From Lytechinus pictus (taxonomy: Eukaryota), in the NCBI RefSeq assembly GCF_037042905.1, contig NC_087245.1:18726001-18790000 (forward strand): 64,000 nt of DNA, given 5' to 3'. Shown piece after piece: positions 1 to 15,000 of this stretch (its first letter is position 1; each line of letters starts with the position of its first letter). A program made the position numbers and the translations under genes. The notes beneath the pieces were generated by a model that made no database searches, was not told the DNA's origin, and saw nothing but the letters and a program-made list of their open reading frames with translations.

Positions 1-199
1 TAATCAGATACATATTAGATACAATCAGATACGCTTTGGTAGTCGCTATTGTCAAAACACCTGTAACGGTATGTTCTTATTAAGATGCACATAGTCACTA
101 AGCGGCAGATCTCATCTCATAGGTCCATGGTCCAATAGCCATTTTAGTCCTGTTTGGGGGTCTAAAAAGACAAATTGTTAATTGGGCGAAATGAATGAA

Positions 200-352
200 A
201 GCAAAATGGATTATTAGACCAACTGGTTATGAGACGAAGTGGTCATAGACGAGGTGAACCAAGTGATTGTTAGACAAAATATTGATGGACGGAATGGCAT
301 TAGATTAATTGGTAGATCTAGATGTAATGAGTGGACGAGTTGACAATTTACC
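200..352. repeat. Degenerate tandem repeat of about 15-16 bp (tagacnaantgg-like), probably the end of a small transposon
   Basis: Recurring agac/ggac..tgg spacing. Confidence 0.4.
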
Positions 353-656
353 GCAAAAGGCCATTAAGACCATGTTAGGTCTACTAAGTGCAGAGTACAA
401 TGCACATTTAGCTTATGACGACAGGATCTTATCTTGTCTAGACAATTGATGTGAGCTGACAATTTTTGATGATTTGATCTGAAAAGTGGACAGTTTATAA
501 AAACACGTTAAAAAAAAAAAGAATAAAGAAAATTAGCATGGAACATGAGCTGAACATTTTTAGCAATTTAGACCTTCAAACAGGACATTCTAGCACTTTT
601 AATCTTCAAAAGGAAATTAACAAAGATGCAAGCATGAAGCGCGAACTGAAAATTTT

Positions 657-1928
657 TGTCTTGCCTGAACAAAGTTTGGCAGAGACCAAGTGATCACTAG
701 TCTGTTATAGTCTGATAGTCCATTTGTTTGTTGGTCTGTTACAAATTTTTTTTAAATTTTGATGATGGGTCAAAGGTCATCTAGGGGTCAAAAGGTTAAG
801 ATTTTGTGTTACTTCCTCTCATTTCTTTATTTGTGCATCAATTATATTCATACTTGTTACATATGATTCCTAGGATAATACCACATGTGACTCATGAGAA
901 TGATGGGGTCAAAGGTCAAGGGGTCAACAAGTTTTTGTTCAACTTGCTCTCATTTCTTTATTTCGGCATCAATTTTGATCACATTTGGTTCAAATGATCA
1001 TTGGGTAATGCCATGTGTCTGTTATTGAGGATGATGGGTCAAAGGTCATGTGAGGGTCAAAAGGTCAAATTTTGTGTTCAAATTACTCTCATTTCTTTAT
1101 TTCTGTATCAATTGTGTTCACACTTGGTACATGTGATCCTTGGGTAATACCACATCATATGGTACCCAAGGATCACATGGTCCATATGTGTGTTCATGAG
1201 GATGATGTTGGGTTAAAGGTTATCTAGGGGGCTAAAGGTCAAAGGATATGGGGTCATGTCCATCCTTTTTTTGACTCGCATGAACTAAATTCGGCAGAGA
1301 CCGAGTAATCACTTTTCCTGTTGGTCCGTTGTCTGTTCGAAAAATTAATGTTACAAGTTTTTGTTCAATTTGCTCTCATTTCTTTATTTTTGCTTTAATT
1401 ATGTTCATACTTGATACATATGATCCTTGGATAATACCACATGTGTACCCATTGGAATGATGAGGTCAAAGGTAATTTATGGGTCAAAAGGTCAAATGAT
1501 ATGAGGTTATGTTCATCCTTTTTTGAAGTTTTTGTTCAAATTGCTCTCATTTCTTTATTTTTGCCTCAATTTTGATCACACTTGGTTAAAATGATCCGTG
1601 GGTAATACCACATGTGTGTTGTTGAGGATGATGGGGTCAAAGGTCATCTAGGCGTCAAAAGATCATATTGAAAATTTTATTGATCGCGAAATTAGGCATT
1701 AGGCAACACATTCGTGAACCTCCTTGTTTCAAGTTTGTGTTCAACTTGCTCTCATTTCTTTATTTTTCCATCAATTATGTTTATACTCTTATAGATATTA
1801 ATTGGGTAACACCACATGTGTTCATGAGGATAAAGAGGTCAAACGTCATTTAGGGGTCCAAAGATCATATTGCATATTTTGTTGATTGGGAAATCCGACG
1901 AGACTTGTGGTTCGTGAACCACCTTATT
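657..1928 (+). mobile_element. HINE/pearl-like element family B with internal tandem units of about 130-170 bp; second copy nested at about 1271-1728
   Basis: Two similar heads (..tgaac..ggcagagacc.agt.atcact at about 665 and 1280), two similar tails (ttcgtgaacc.cctt.tt at about 1711 and 1911), repeated ctctcatttctttattt...gggtcaaaggtca units. Confidence 0.65.
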
Positions 1929-3007
1929 TCTTTGCCCCCTTTTATTTATTGTTTTGCGCCACCAATGGGGGGGGGGGGGGCACAGCTGCTCCCCCCACCT
2001 GATCTGCCCATGAATTTCATATTGCAATTATTTTTTATATTGCTTTGAAAAGTGAAATGGGCTCATTGATTGGGTTTGACTTGAGACATTTAGAAGGTCC
2101 ATGAAGTACTGTATGGCAGGGATGTATGGTATTAAAAGAGAATTTTTTTAAAAGAGAGTTTTTATGTTGTGGAGGGAATTCTGTTTATTAAGAAAAAAAG
2201 TTTTCTTGCAAATTAATATTTCAGAAAGTATTGAGTTTTAAGCACCCAAAATCTATATTTTCTTTAGAAACTTCCTCCAACCTACTGTTACATTTTGATT
2301 AACTAGCTCCACTGCTCTAGTTAAGTGGTTCTGGTTTGAATTGCAACAAGACTTCCAGCTGCACAGTTACTAACAACACTCAAATGAATCTAAGGCCATG
2401 GCCCTTGATGCCCTAAAAATGGATTTGATCCCCTTCAAATAATTTTAAGGTTATCCCAAGTCCCATGAGTGTTTTTGTGTGGAGGGGGGGGGGGGCTGTG
2501 GGCTCTTTTTTTCCATGTCTGATTAGATTTTTGTGTGGAAACATTGTGACAGGTCCTTTTCTCTACATTCTCCCCTTTTGTGGTGATTCACCTTGGTCAG
2601 ACACTGATCATTACCAAAAAAAAATCATCTGGAAGAATAGGTACAGTATTTAGGTGAAAGATTAAAACTTGTATTCTATTGAGTGACCTCCAGAACTCTG
2701 CATTGCATTTTAATTTTTTTGTGAAATATTATTTAAGATAAACTTTTCAACACTCAGTCACATATTTGTATTCTTCTTGATATTATTTTATTTTGAATTA
2801 TCTATTGGACTGAAAATGCTTTCCTTTTTCTTTTGACCCCTTTTCCTCTTTCATCTCTGCATCCCCAATTTCTCTCAATTTTCCTTTTTCAATGTCCTGT
2901 ATCAGGAATGAAAGGCGCCAGTTGATATTATTGTCGAGAGCAGATATTTGTTCCTTCTACTATAGTGTTCAGAGGCTCTGCCTCTGTTCACTGATCGTGC
3001 CGCCAAG

Positions 3008-3063
3008 ATGGCAGATCGATTCAACAGACAGGTTAGGGTGGACGAGAAGATGCATTTTCTCTT
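3008..3063 (+). CDS. Coding exon 1 (MADRFNRQVRVDEKMHFL); acceptor at 2965 implies an upstream 5' UTR exon
   Basis: Kozak-like gccgccaagATGg; donor gtaagt at 3064; phase 2 fits the next exon. Confidence 0.6.
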
Positions 3064-6000
3064 GTAAGTATCACCACGATTATTTATCTATTTTTTAGAA
3101 TGTTGAATTGTAATTCCAGATTACCTGGGTTAGAAATTCTTGTACAAAATTCCAGAAATACATACACACCAACACCATCCATAACAATATAACAAGTATT
3201 CAAAAATGAAAAACTTTTTAGTGTGACATACTGTACTGATATAAGGAAGTCATATATTTTTATTTGAAAAAAAAAAACATTTTTCAACCATCCCTGGTAA
3301 TATCTTATTAAATGTTCGAATGTTCCATTTAGATATTTTTACCTACATGTATTCTGTGTAAACATGATACTTTTCATTTCCGAGTTAACATGTTTATTTA
3401 CTAAGGCTATGTCAAGGCTTGTACAAGTACAACGTGTATGTTTGTCAGTCATTCATAAAGAGGATCTCTAATTATTTTAAATGGAAATCAATTCTCCCCT
3501 AACTGGTCAGTTTTTCTATTAAAGATTTTTTTGTACTAAAAACACACCTTTGCCATTCAAAATTGCAATGAAACACTGATGACATATTTCCATTCACTGC
3601 AGAATAATGATAATAATCATACATATCGGATTTATTTAGCATCTTTTCCATTTTGATTAAATGCTCAAGGCGCTTTGAAAAGATCAAAAACAAAAAAGTT
3701 AAGAGAAATTAGAGGAGGACAAAAAAAGGCACATTACAAATTATGAGGAAAACGTCTGTCTTCAAACCTAGTACCTGATGGTGAACAAATGCAGTTTTAA
3801 GTTGCCCTTAAAGGATGTTCAGCTCCTGTGGTAGTGAATTCCACAGGACTGGTCCTGCATGAGCAAAGGCTCGATTGCCCCCAGGATTGTTTAGATAGTG
3901 GAAAATGTATAAGACTTGATTTAAAGGACAAGTCCACCCCAACAAAAAGTTGATTTGAAAAAAAGGAGAAAAATCCAACAAGCAAAACACTGAAAATTTC
4001 ATCAAAATCGGATGTAAAATAAGAAAGTTATGACATTTTAAAGTTTTGCTTAATTTCACAAAACAATTATGCACATCCTGGTCGGTATGCAAATTGGCAG
4101 ACTGATGACATCACCCACTCACTATTTCTTTTGTATTTTATTATATGAAATATGAAATATTCTAATTTTTCCTTGTCAAGTGAAGCAAAGTTTTATGTCT
4201 CCCTGAACATGTGGAATTACCATTATTTCAACAGTTTATGGTTAAGGTAAGTTGGTCCCTATTGTCAAATTTGTAAAAATTGAAATATTGTATTATTCAA
4301 ACAATAAAAAACAAAATAGTGAGTGATGGACATCATCGACTTTCTCATTTGCATATTGCTGAGTTGTGCATTTAACCGTTTTGTTAATAAGAAGCGAAAC
4401 TTTAAAATGTCATAACTTTCTTATTTTACATCCGATTTCGATGAAATTTGCAGCGTTATGTTTCTTTGATTTTTCTCTATCGATTCAAATCAACTATTTT
4501 CTGGGGTGGACTTGACCTTTAATGGGATGATCGCAGTGTGCGTACAGGTTGATACTGGCGTATGATAGACTTGTTGTAATTGGGTGCGGATCCAGAAGTA
4601 ATCATATTTGCAGTTTTAACACTTAAATTTTTGTCTTGACTTGGACATTTAAGAGTAATCAAGTATTACTGAACATCTTGTGCGAGTTTCAGGTCACATG
4701 ATCAAGGTCAATGAACTTTGGCATGTTGGGGGTATTTGTTGAATTACCATCATAACTTTGAAAGTTTATTGGTCTAGTTCATAAAACTTGGACATAAGAG
4801 TAATCAGGTATCACTGAACATCCTGTGCGAATATCAGGTCACATGACCAAGGTAAAAGGTCAATGAACTTTGGCCATGTTGGGGGTATCTGTTGAATTAT
4901 CATAACTTTCAAAGTTTATGGATCTGATTCATGAAACTTGGACATAAGAGTAATCAGGTATCACTGAACATCCTGTGTGAGTTTCAGGTCACATGATCAA
5001 GGGCAAAGGTCATTTAAGGTAATTGAACTTTGGCCATTTTGGAGGTTATTATTAGGGCTGCTTTAAAAAGTGTTCCCAAGTCACTGATTATGGAACACAT
5101 GATTCCTCCAATTCTTCTCCCATTCTTCTCCCATTCCATTGTTCCAATGAAACAATTGACAGTAGCATTATGCATGATGATAATTTCTATAGATCTTCAG
5201 TAAAACGTTTGGTATCTTTATTTTAGCCATCCCATTATATTGACATTCAAATTCAAACCTCCGTGAAAAACAAACTACGGAAGCATGATTGGAATTTATT
5301 ATTATTTTATCCGGATTCATCGATGTCCTCTTTGATAAATGGTGGTTGACATTATTTGATGCACACTTTAAAAAAAAGGGGAAGATGGATTTGGTAGAAT
5401 TTTGCAAGCCAAAGTTGGCATCAATTGGTATAAAAATGAAAAAGTTAGAGGATTTCTGATTGCTGGCTTTTCTATTAAACTGATAATAGCTTGGGTTTAA
5501 TTCACAGAATACTTTGAACAATGATTCTGTTGAATTAATGATAATAATAATAATGCTGGCTACTTATAAGGCGAACAGGTCCACCTTCTGCAGCCTGTTG
5601 CATAAAACTTTTTACCTGAGAAAACTCTGGTAAAAACTGAAAACCAAGGTTAGTCTGATTTCTGCCATTGACTTTAACACGGGGCAAAAACTCAGGTAAA
5701 AAATACCTGAGTTTTTTCAGGTAAAAAGTTTTATGCAGCAGGCCCCTGGTACCCATGGCGCTTCAAGAAAAATAAACACACAAACAATACATAACATGCA
5801 TGCATACATGTACATGTATGCATGTATTCTCGGGGAGAGGATAATAGAAAATTCATACCATATGGTGCTACAGTATCTGCATGTGTACATTTACCATTTT
5901 TATTTATTTTTCATTTTTTAATTTGTGGAGTGCTTAGTAGAAAATGATTTATAACAGTCTTCAATTACAATGTATGTGGATTGCTTTGAAAGATAACTAA

Positions 6001-9000
6001 TTACTTCTATTTCATATTTTTAAGGGATTGTTGATTATGTACACTTGGGAACTATACAGTATTGCATTTGCCTCTCCTTCCATCAGAATCAAATTTCTAA
6101 CTAATGACAGCTGAAGTTAATTTATCCCTTTAAAATTGAACAAATCTTAGAAATGTGTTGCGCTGTTTAATTAGATACAATAGGCATACATGTACATACA
6201 ATGTTATTATACATTTATAAGCGCCTACTCGTGTTTCATATCTTTTTATTAATTTATTATTATTAAGCACAAAGCTTCTTTGTAGAAAAATGGAACAAGT
6301 TTTATGTGTTTTGCTTGTATGTGTAATAAGAGCTCAAGTGTTGAATTACAGAGGGGAAAAAAGAGGGGAGAAAGATCTACTTATTACATAGGCAGACATA
6401 CACATACTGTTCTGCATATAGTAGTCCAGGATAGGCGCCATAGAAAACCGACCAAACCTTGCTTTTTCATATATACAATATTTTTTGATGGTTTCTTGTC
6501 AATTCGAGGGTGCTGATTACGAATCTGAATGATGCCACCCGTATAACCTTGAGCATTTTCCGCAAATTGGCAAAATCCAATATGGCCGCCAAAATATGCA
6601 AATTACCCGTGAAAATCATAAAATTGCCCGCACATTGGTTATAAAATGTATGTATTTCTGTTGCAGGAGTGATATACTCTCTGAAAAAACAATTTTTACA
6701 AAAAATTATTTTCTAGATATTCAAAATGGCCGCCATAGACCCCTGTATTCTATTTTATGTACAATATGAATGGGGACAACTTAATTTTACAAAAGTGAGC
6801 ACTAAATGCAAGTAATTGTGATTTGTTGTGAAATAATGGATGAAAACATGATAGCTAACGAAATGTATCATTTGTTATGTCATGTATGTAATAAATGAAG
6901 CATTTTATTATTCAAAAAGCCACCAAATACCCTGACAGTATTATGTACAATATTAATGGGGACAAAAGACAATCACAAGAGTGAGTACTAAAATGCATAT
7001 TACTAGTATTAAGATAAGCGAGTAGAATACTGGCTAAAAACATAATTTTATCACAATATAAATGCAATATATGTGATAAATGCTGTATTTTTACATTCAA
7101 AATGGCCACCATATGCCCAATATACATTATGTACAATGCGAATGGAGAAATTAATTTTCACAAGAGTAAGAACTATAAAATGCTTGTAATTTTGATCACT
7201 GAGTAAAATAATGTCTGAAAACATGTTTTCTAGCGAAACATATCATTTCTTTTGTCATGCATGAGATAAATGCTGTATTGTGAAATTCAAAATGGCCCCT
7301 ATTATAGGCCCTAACAGTATTATCTACAATGTAAATGGGGACATGTAATTTTGTAAGAATTTAGATTTACTTGACTATGAAATCCATAAAGTCATGTTGT
7401 ATGATAAAACATTATTTGAAAACATGATTTTTGTCTCGCCTGCATAGCAGAGCGAGACTATAGGCGCCGCTTTTACGACGGTGGCGGCGGCGGCGTCGTC
7501 AACATCAAATCTTAACCTAAGGTTAAGTTTTTGAAATGACATCATAACTTAGAAAGTATATGGACCTAGTTCATGAAACTTGGACATAAGATTAATCAAG
7601 TATTACTGAACATCCTGCTTGAGTTTCAGGTCACATGACCAAGGTCAAAGGTCATTTAGGGTCAATGAACTTAGACCATGTTGGGAAAATTATTTTCAAA
7701 ATCTTAACTGAAGGTTAAGTTTTTGAAATGACATCATAACTTAGAAAGTGTATAGACCTAGTTCATGAAACTTGGGCATAAGGGCAATCAAGTATTAGTG
7801 AACATCCTGCTTGAGTTTCAGGTCACGTGACCAAGGTCAAAGGTCATTTAGGGTCAATGAACTTTGGTCAAGTTGGGGGTATTTGTTGAATTACTATCAT
7901 AACTTTGAAAATTTATGGATCTAGTCCATGAAACTTGGACATAAGGTTAATCAAGTATTAGTGAACATCCTGCCTGAGTTTCAGGTCACATGACCAAGGT
8001 CAAAGGTCATTTAGGGTCAATGAACTTTGGAAAAGTTGGGGGTATTTGTTGAATTACGAAAATTTATGGATTTAGTTCATGAAACTTGGACATAAGAGTA
8101 ATCAAGTATCACTGAACATCCTGTACGAGTTTCAGGTCACATGACCATGGTCAAAGGTCATTAAAGGTCAATGAACTTTGGCCGTGTTGGGGGTATTTGT
8201 TGAATTACCATCCTAACTCTGAAAGTTTATGGATCTAGTTCATAAAACTTGGGATATAAGAGTAATCAAGCATCACTGAACATCCCCTGTGAGTTTCAGG
8301 TCACAAAACCAAGTCAAAGGTCAGTTAAGGTCAATAAACTTAGGCCATGTTGGGGTAATTGTTGAAGTGCCATCATAACTTTGAAAGTTTATGGATAGAG
8401 TGAATGAAATGTGGACATGGGTGTAGTTGACAGTCTTAAGTCTCCGTTCAAATGTCATTTATGGTCAATGAACGTGGTATTATGTCATTATATGAATGTT
8501 GTTTTTGTGAATGATTATTTTATAGTAGTTTTCAAAGTTAGCACTGCTGCTATATTAAATTGCGTAATGCAGGCGAGACTGCCAGAGGCGTTCCACTTGT
8601 TATGAAATATAGTATTTCTTCTGCCGTGTAAGTGATAAATAATGTATTTTGACATTCAAAATAACTGAAAGAAGCCCTAACTAAATTATGTTACATGCGT
8701 ATAGGCAAGGCTCCACATTAACTTTTTTTGGTGGTGGCCCGTTCGGGCCACCAAAACCATCAAAAAAAATTTTTTGGTGGCCCAATATTAAAGTTTGGTG
8801 GCCCGAAAAATATAAAGAAAAACATTAAAAATGAATAAAACAAACTTCTGAAATATTAATTCTGCAGCCACTACCACTATGTTACTTTTACTTTATACAT
8901 GTAAACCTTGTTTGCTGTTATTTTACTTTGCTAATTGATAAATGTTTCTATCGTTGTAAAAATGAAATGATTGAAAGAGAATAAATTAATTGTATTGTTC

Positions 9001-12000
9001 GCAGGTTGAGTGGACTTTTTTTTAAATCTCTGTATAGAGATAATGGTAAAGTAAATAAATAGTGCATAGCAAATTCAGATAGATGTACAAAACAATGGTT
9101 TTTCCTTCCTTCCTCTTTGAATCCTAAAACCTAGAATATGCATGCCCCAAATCCAGTTTATTTCTGTTTTCTCTTTTGCAGCATATTATAGAAGGAGGAA
9201 ATCACAGAAAAATATGCTGCAAAATTAGAACAATGCATAAAAGGGGGAAACAAACGAAAATAATTTTCAAAAAGTATATTACAAAAAGAAAACAAAAATA
9301 AAAGAAATTAGTGAAATAAAACCAAAAAAAGAAAATGAAGAAAGAAAAAACAAAGAACAGGGAAAAAAAGAAAAGAAAAAAATTAGAGAGAAAAAAGAAA
9401 AGAAAATGAAAGAAAAATTAATAAAACAAAGTTAATAAAAAAATGGGGAAAAGGGGAAAATTAAGAAGCCATTATATATATTTTTTAACAGCTGTGGCAA
9501 CAGTCTATTCTGACTGGAATATAATTAAAAGCCAAGCAAATAATTTTCACTTACTTTTTGGGAATGGCACATTTTTATTTTTATATCCTTTAGTTTGTAT
9601 TATTTTATTTTCAGTAGAAACATATTTTTTAATCAGGCATATTCAATGGGAAGGGGTATAAATGGTTTAACCACTGTCAAAAAAAAATGAAAGGAAAAAA
9701 AAAAAAAAAAACGGCAAAAATTATATCTGGAAAAAAAGTGTGAGAAAAGTCCTTCCCTATATTTGCCAAAATGTTGGGGGAAAAATCACATTTCATATCA
9801 ATGAAATGCCTTCCCAAAGTATTTACTTTCTCAAGAGTGGTTTAAGAAGTCATTTATAAACAAGAAAGAAAGAAACTGTCTGTTTGTTTTTGGCTAGAAA
9901 ATACACAGCTTCGAAAGAAACCAAGTATCAACATACATACAAATGCACACGTAGGACTGTGATGTACTTGCCTATGTGTTTTATGTGTATTAATTCATGT
10001 GGAAATCGGTCTTTTTGAGTCAAAAGAGAGGTCATAATTCCTCTTCTTACTACTTGCAAATAATCAGGATACACCAGATTTTCGTAATATAGACTGTAGA
10101 ATTGCATTTCATTGGTGTAAAATGTGACTTTGACTGAGATTTTCAAAGTTCTGTGGAAGATTTCTCAGCAGCAACATTTTTTATCGCAGCTCCTTGAGTC
10201 TGAATAGGCTGAGCTAGATCTAGAGCACAGCTGTATGCAGTGGCTTCATGCAAAGCTCACGCCAGCCGGCCGGCGCGTCTGGCTGGATAATAGCTACTGT
10301 ATGCTATAGCTGTAGGCCTAATATGCAAACTTTGTGTGTGTGTATTTGTGTGTAGATCAACAAAAAGGGCGCATGACGAACTGGCTTGCAATTTGAGCTG
10401 TAGAAAGTTGATAAATGCGTGCAAAATTGGGAGAAAAATTGCGCTACTTTGAAAATTATTGGTGGCCCGATTCGGGCCACCAAAACTTAACATTTTATCA
10501 ATAATGGTTGCCCGAGGTGAATTTTTGGTGGCCCCGGGCCACCGGGCCACCGCTAATGTCGAGCCTTGCTTAAAGTATTATGTACATTGTAATTTGGGAC
10601 ATATAATTTTGACAGAATTTGGCTTTGCTTGACTATAAGTATTGCATATAATTGTGATGTAAGAGTGAAATATTGCCTAAAACCATGGTTCCTAACGAGG
10701 TATATCATATCTGGTGCATTTAAGGTGATAAATGCTGCATTCTGAAATGGAAAATGGCCGCCATGGGCCCTTATTGTATCATGTACAATTTGAATGAGGA
10801 CAGATAATTTTCACAAAAGGGCATATGGTGGCCATTTTGAATTTTGAAATATAACATTTATCACCTAAATTTTAGATGATGTGATATATTTTGTGAGTAA
10901 TCATGTTTTCAGACAATATTTTCCTCATACAACACCATTTATATAGTCAAGCAAAGCCAAAATCTGTTAGAATCATTTGTCCCCATTCACATTGTGCATA
11001 ATACTGTTGGGGCCTGTAGCGGCCATTTTGACTTTCAAAATACAGTATTAATCACCTACCTGGCAGAAGAACTGATAAATCTTGTTAGAAATTATGCTTT
11101 CAGACAATATTTTACTCATAGATCACAATTACGTGCATTTATGGTGCTCACTCGTGTGAAAATATATTTCCTACTTCGCATTGTACATAATACAATAATG
11201 TCTATGGCGGCCATTTTGAAAGTCAAAATACAGTATTAAACACAAACTTTTAACCCGAATGATAAATTTCGTTAAATTTTTTTTTTTAGACAGTATCCCA
11301 TTTATTCATCACAAAAAAATGCATTTCAGTGCTCACTCTTGTGATTTCTTTGGTCCTCTTTCTCATTGTACATAATAATGTAAGGGCCTTTGGCGGCCAT
11401 TTTGAATATCAAAATACAGCATTTATCACATATATGGCATATTAAATAATATATTTCGTTAGCAATTGTGTTTTTAGTCAGTATTCCACTTGTTTCTCTT
11501 AATAATATGCATTTTAGTGCTCACTCGTGCGATTTTTGTTGGCCCCTTTGCCATAGAAAATAATACTATTTGGGCCGGTGGCAGCTACTTGGAATTTTAA
11601 ATACAACGATTTTCCCATACATGACATAATAAATGATATATCATGTTAGCATTGATGATTTTCATATATTACTTCGTCCATAGATCACAATTACTTGCAG
11701 TTTAGCGATCATTTTTGTGAAAAATTAATTTTCCCTATTCATATTGTACATGATAGGGTATACAGAGGTCTGTGGCGGCCATTTTGAATATAGAAAAATA
11801 AATATTTTGTCAAAAATTGTTTTTTTCAGAGAGTATTTCACTCCTGCGATACAATTACATACATTTTATAGCCAGTTTGCTGGCAATTTTATGATTTTCA
11901 TGGGTAATATGCATATTTTGGCGGCCATATTGGATTTTGCCAATTTGTAGAAAATGCTCAAGGTTACACGAGTGGCATCATTCAGATTCGTAATCAGCAC

Positions 12001-15000
12001 CCTCGAATTGACAAGAAACCATCAAAAAATATTGTATATATGAAAAAACAAGGTTATGCCTCTTCTATCCTGGACTATAGCAAGCACTGAAACGATCTAG
12101 AATGTGGTGTAGGACAGTATAAGTAGACTGTATTGTAGAGCAAAAGACTTGTTCATTTAGGCTACAGGTATGAAAACCTTCAATGAATAATGACAAAAAA
12201 GGGAAAAAATATGTTTGATTGAAAATAATGTGGATTCTGATGGCAAAATAGGAATTTTAGGAGCACATAATACTAATTTGTTCTTCCAAAGGTTGGCAAT
12301 GCTCTAAACCAAACTTCATTTGATGCACACAGCACTTCATCTAATTAGCCTGCCAGGAATTGCATTGTTCACTGTTCAACTATTACATTGTATCATGATA
12401 CAGTATTATGAAGGTGTTTTGTTGTAGCTGTCAAGATTTCAATACTCGACACAAAATTTGTTAGTACACATTTTGCAATTCACTTTTACATTCATGTACA
12501 TGTATGACTCACCTGCACTGCAGTAATCAAATAATGAAGATCCTTCCTGAAAATAGAATATGAAAACAAGTCATACATTGTAGCTTGCATTTCTAATGTC
12601 AGACATCAGAAATGCAATGTCATAGGTAAAATTGTTGGAAGAGCAAATGGGGCACAGGACCCATACTGATGTTTACAATTTTTAGAGACTTGCTATACTT
12701 TGATTTCAAAGTTTGGTTAAACAATTCTGATTTTGTTTCAAGTGTGTACCTTTATTTCCCATCAACAGTCAACATCATGGTGGATTTACTTTTCTCTTCA
12801 TGCAACTGTAGCAAATAATTTTTTTTCTTTTACATGTAAAAAGAAGTAAGCCCCCCCCCCCCCAAAAAAAGGTTGTCTTCTGTCATTGCCCTGGTAACAA
12901 TTACACACAGAAATTCTGCACATTAAGCCCCAAATAAACACCAATTTCAAACTTAGTTGTCATTCACATTTTTTTTTTCAACAGTATCCTGAACAAAAAA
13001 GGATCACACTTGTAATCATAACCATTTATTCAGATAAATTAAAAGCAGGAGTTATTGTCACACCCGGGGGGGGGGGGGGCCACTTCCATTGACGAGTGGA
13101 TACCATGCGCGACCATGGGGTCTCGAAAAGCACCCTAAACACATATATTCCATATTCTGAAAATGCACCCCTAAACAAGTATTGGCGTCTCAAACCCTAC
13201 CCTTAACAAGTATTGGAAACAAAACAATACTCTTGGCAAGTATAAGTACAGCAATATTTTATTGTTATGTCACGGGTCCGTCGGTCGTCTGTTTACCTTT
13301 AGGCTTTACACACCATTTGGTTTAGTACGGCACACCTCGCGCAAATCAGACTCTAAACACGGTGTGTTGGGGCAAAAAGGACATCCTTTATAAACATTTT
13401 AATTTTGTTTTATCTTCCCTGCAAATTTGACCCTAAACACGTAGCTTTCCTCGCGAAATAGATACCCTTTTTTCATTATTTTTGTGTTTTTGACACCCTT
13501 ATCACGTTACGTACGTAACGTGCCCTATCTTGAAAAAGACATCCATTTTACGTGGTTTTTTTGGTCGCGCATGGTATCCACTCGTCAAATCTCAGGTCTT
13601 GGATATTGAGCAACCCATTTTATACTTGTCAAATTTATGCTGTAATGTTATTGTCAAGGCACAAACGAGTGACTTTGCGTTCAAAATATCAAAATTTAAG
13701 TCCTGGTGAATAACGCACCCCCACAGTTTATGTTCCAAATTAAATGGAGCATGACATTTTCCGCACACCCTACCAGAGGTTATAGTTACAACTCATTCCT
13801 AATGAAAATTTTTGATAGTTGCCTTCAAAATAATCAATATTTAAGCCCTTGCGAAAATGAACCAACATTTTATTTTATTAAATGGAGCATGACAGTGAAA
13901 AGTGAGGAAAAATATGTTAAAGCTTAACGGTTGATAAAATATTGATTGTTTTTTATGTCTTTGTTTCACTCTAGGAATTCACCCGACTATGTTCTACACA
14001 CCCTACCAGAGGTAATTGTTTATGACTCATTCCCTTCCTCTATGTGGGTGTCTATCCCTGAATGTCAGAAACATTTGATTGTGTCTGTCTACATATAGGG
14101 CGGGTTATACTCAATGTTATTGCACATTGCCATTGCGCGAAACGTTTCCTAATGTGGTTAGATGTCATACAGAATAACATTTCCTTTTTAGAGTCCCAAG
14201 CCAATTTAAAGAAACTAGTCAACAATGAACCAAATATGGAGATTAAAATAAAATAATAAATAAAGGAAATGATGGGGACTTTGTACCTCGAGCTTTTAAT
14301 TGAAATAAATATTTAGTTAGTTCAAGATGTATGAATAGTCAAGACTGGAATGCAGGTGGTAAATTTATCATGATTTTATTAATTTAAAGGCTGAATTGCA
14401 TATATATGTTATTTAAGGTAGATGGGGTTAGGGGAGAGGAATGGCTTTATATTTTTGTATAAAATAAATTTCTTTGATATCAGATTTCTGGGTAAATGTT
14501 CTATCTGTAGCACAATGTTTGTCCCATTACATGTACATGTAGCTTGTGTGTTTTTATTCTTCATAATAGTCAACATACATACTTCTGAGCTTGTATTTTG
14601 TATGTTTTAGAAGGGGGTCTGGATGAGTAGGAGGGGAATGGCTGGATGACTGAGATAAATAGGACTGGCATTATTGGGGTATTTGTGACCCCCCCCCCCC
14701 CCCACCACCACCACCACTTAAAATAACATGCAATCATCAGATATTTGTCAAATCAAATTTGGGTTCAGATATACCGGTAAAAGAGAAATTGTTAACAAAG
14801 GACATTAATGGAAAACAGAGTGTCAAAGATACCTTTCCTTGTGGGCTAGCTGATCTAAAGACCGGGAATCCAATAGATAAAGATACATGATGTAACAAGC
14901 ATATTTACTGCCAATATTGATCATCAGCCGGTAACCTTTGTGTTGGCTCAGTTGGTAGAGCATCTATCTCACAACCGGGAGGTCGGGAGTTCAAACCCCT

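Larger units (their letters stand above)
6422..12077. mobile_element. Large foldback element with long TIRs, carrying two nested insertions
   Basis: tagtccaggatag ... ctatcctggacta; about 6455-6800 is the reverse complement of about 11720-12055; flanked by tag on both sides. Confidence 0.85.
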
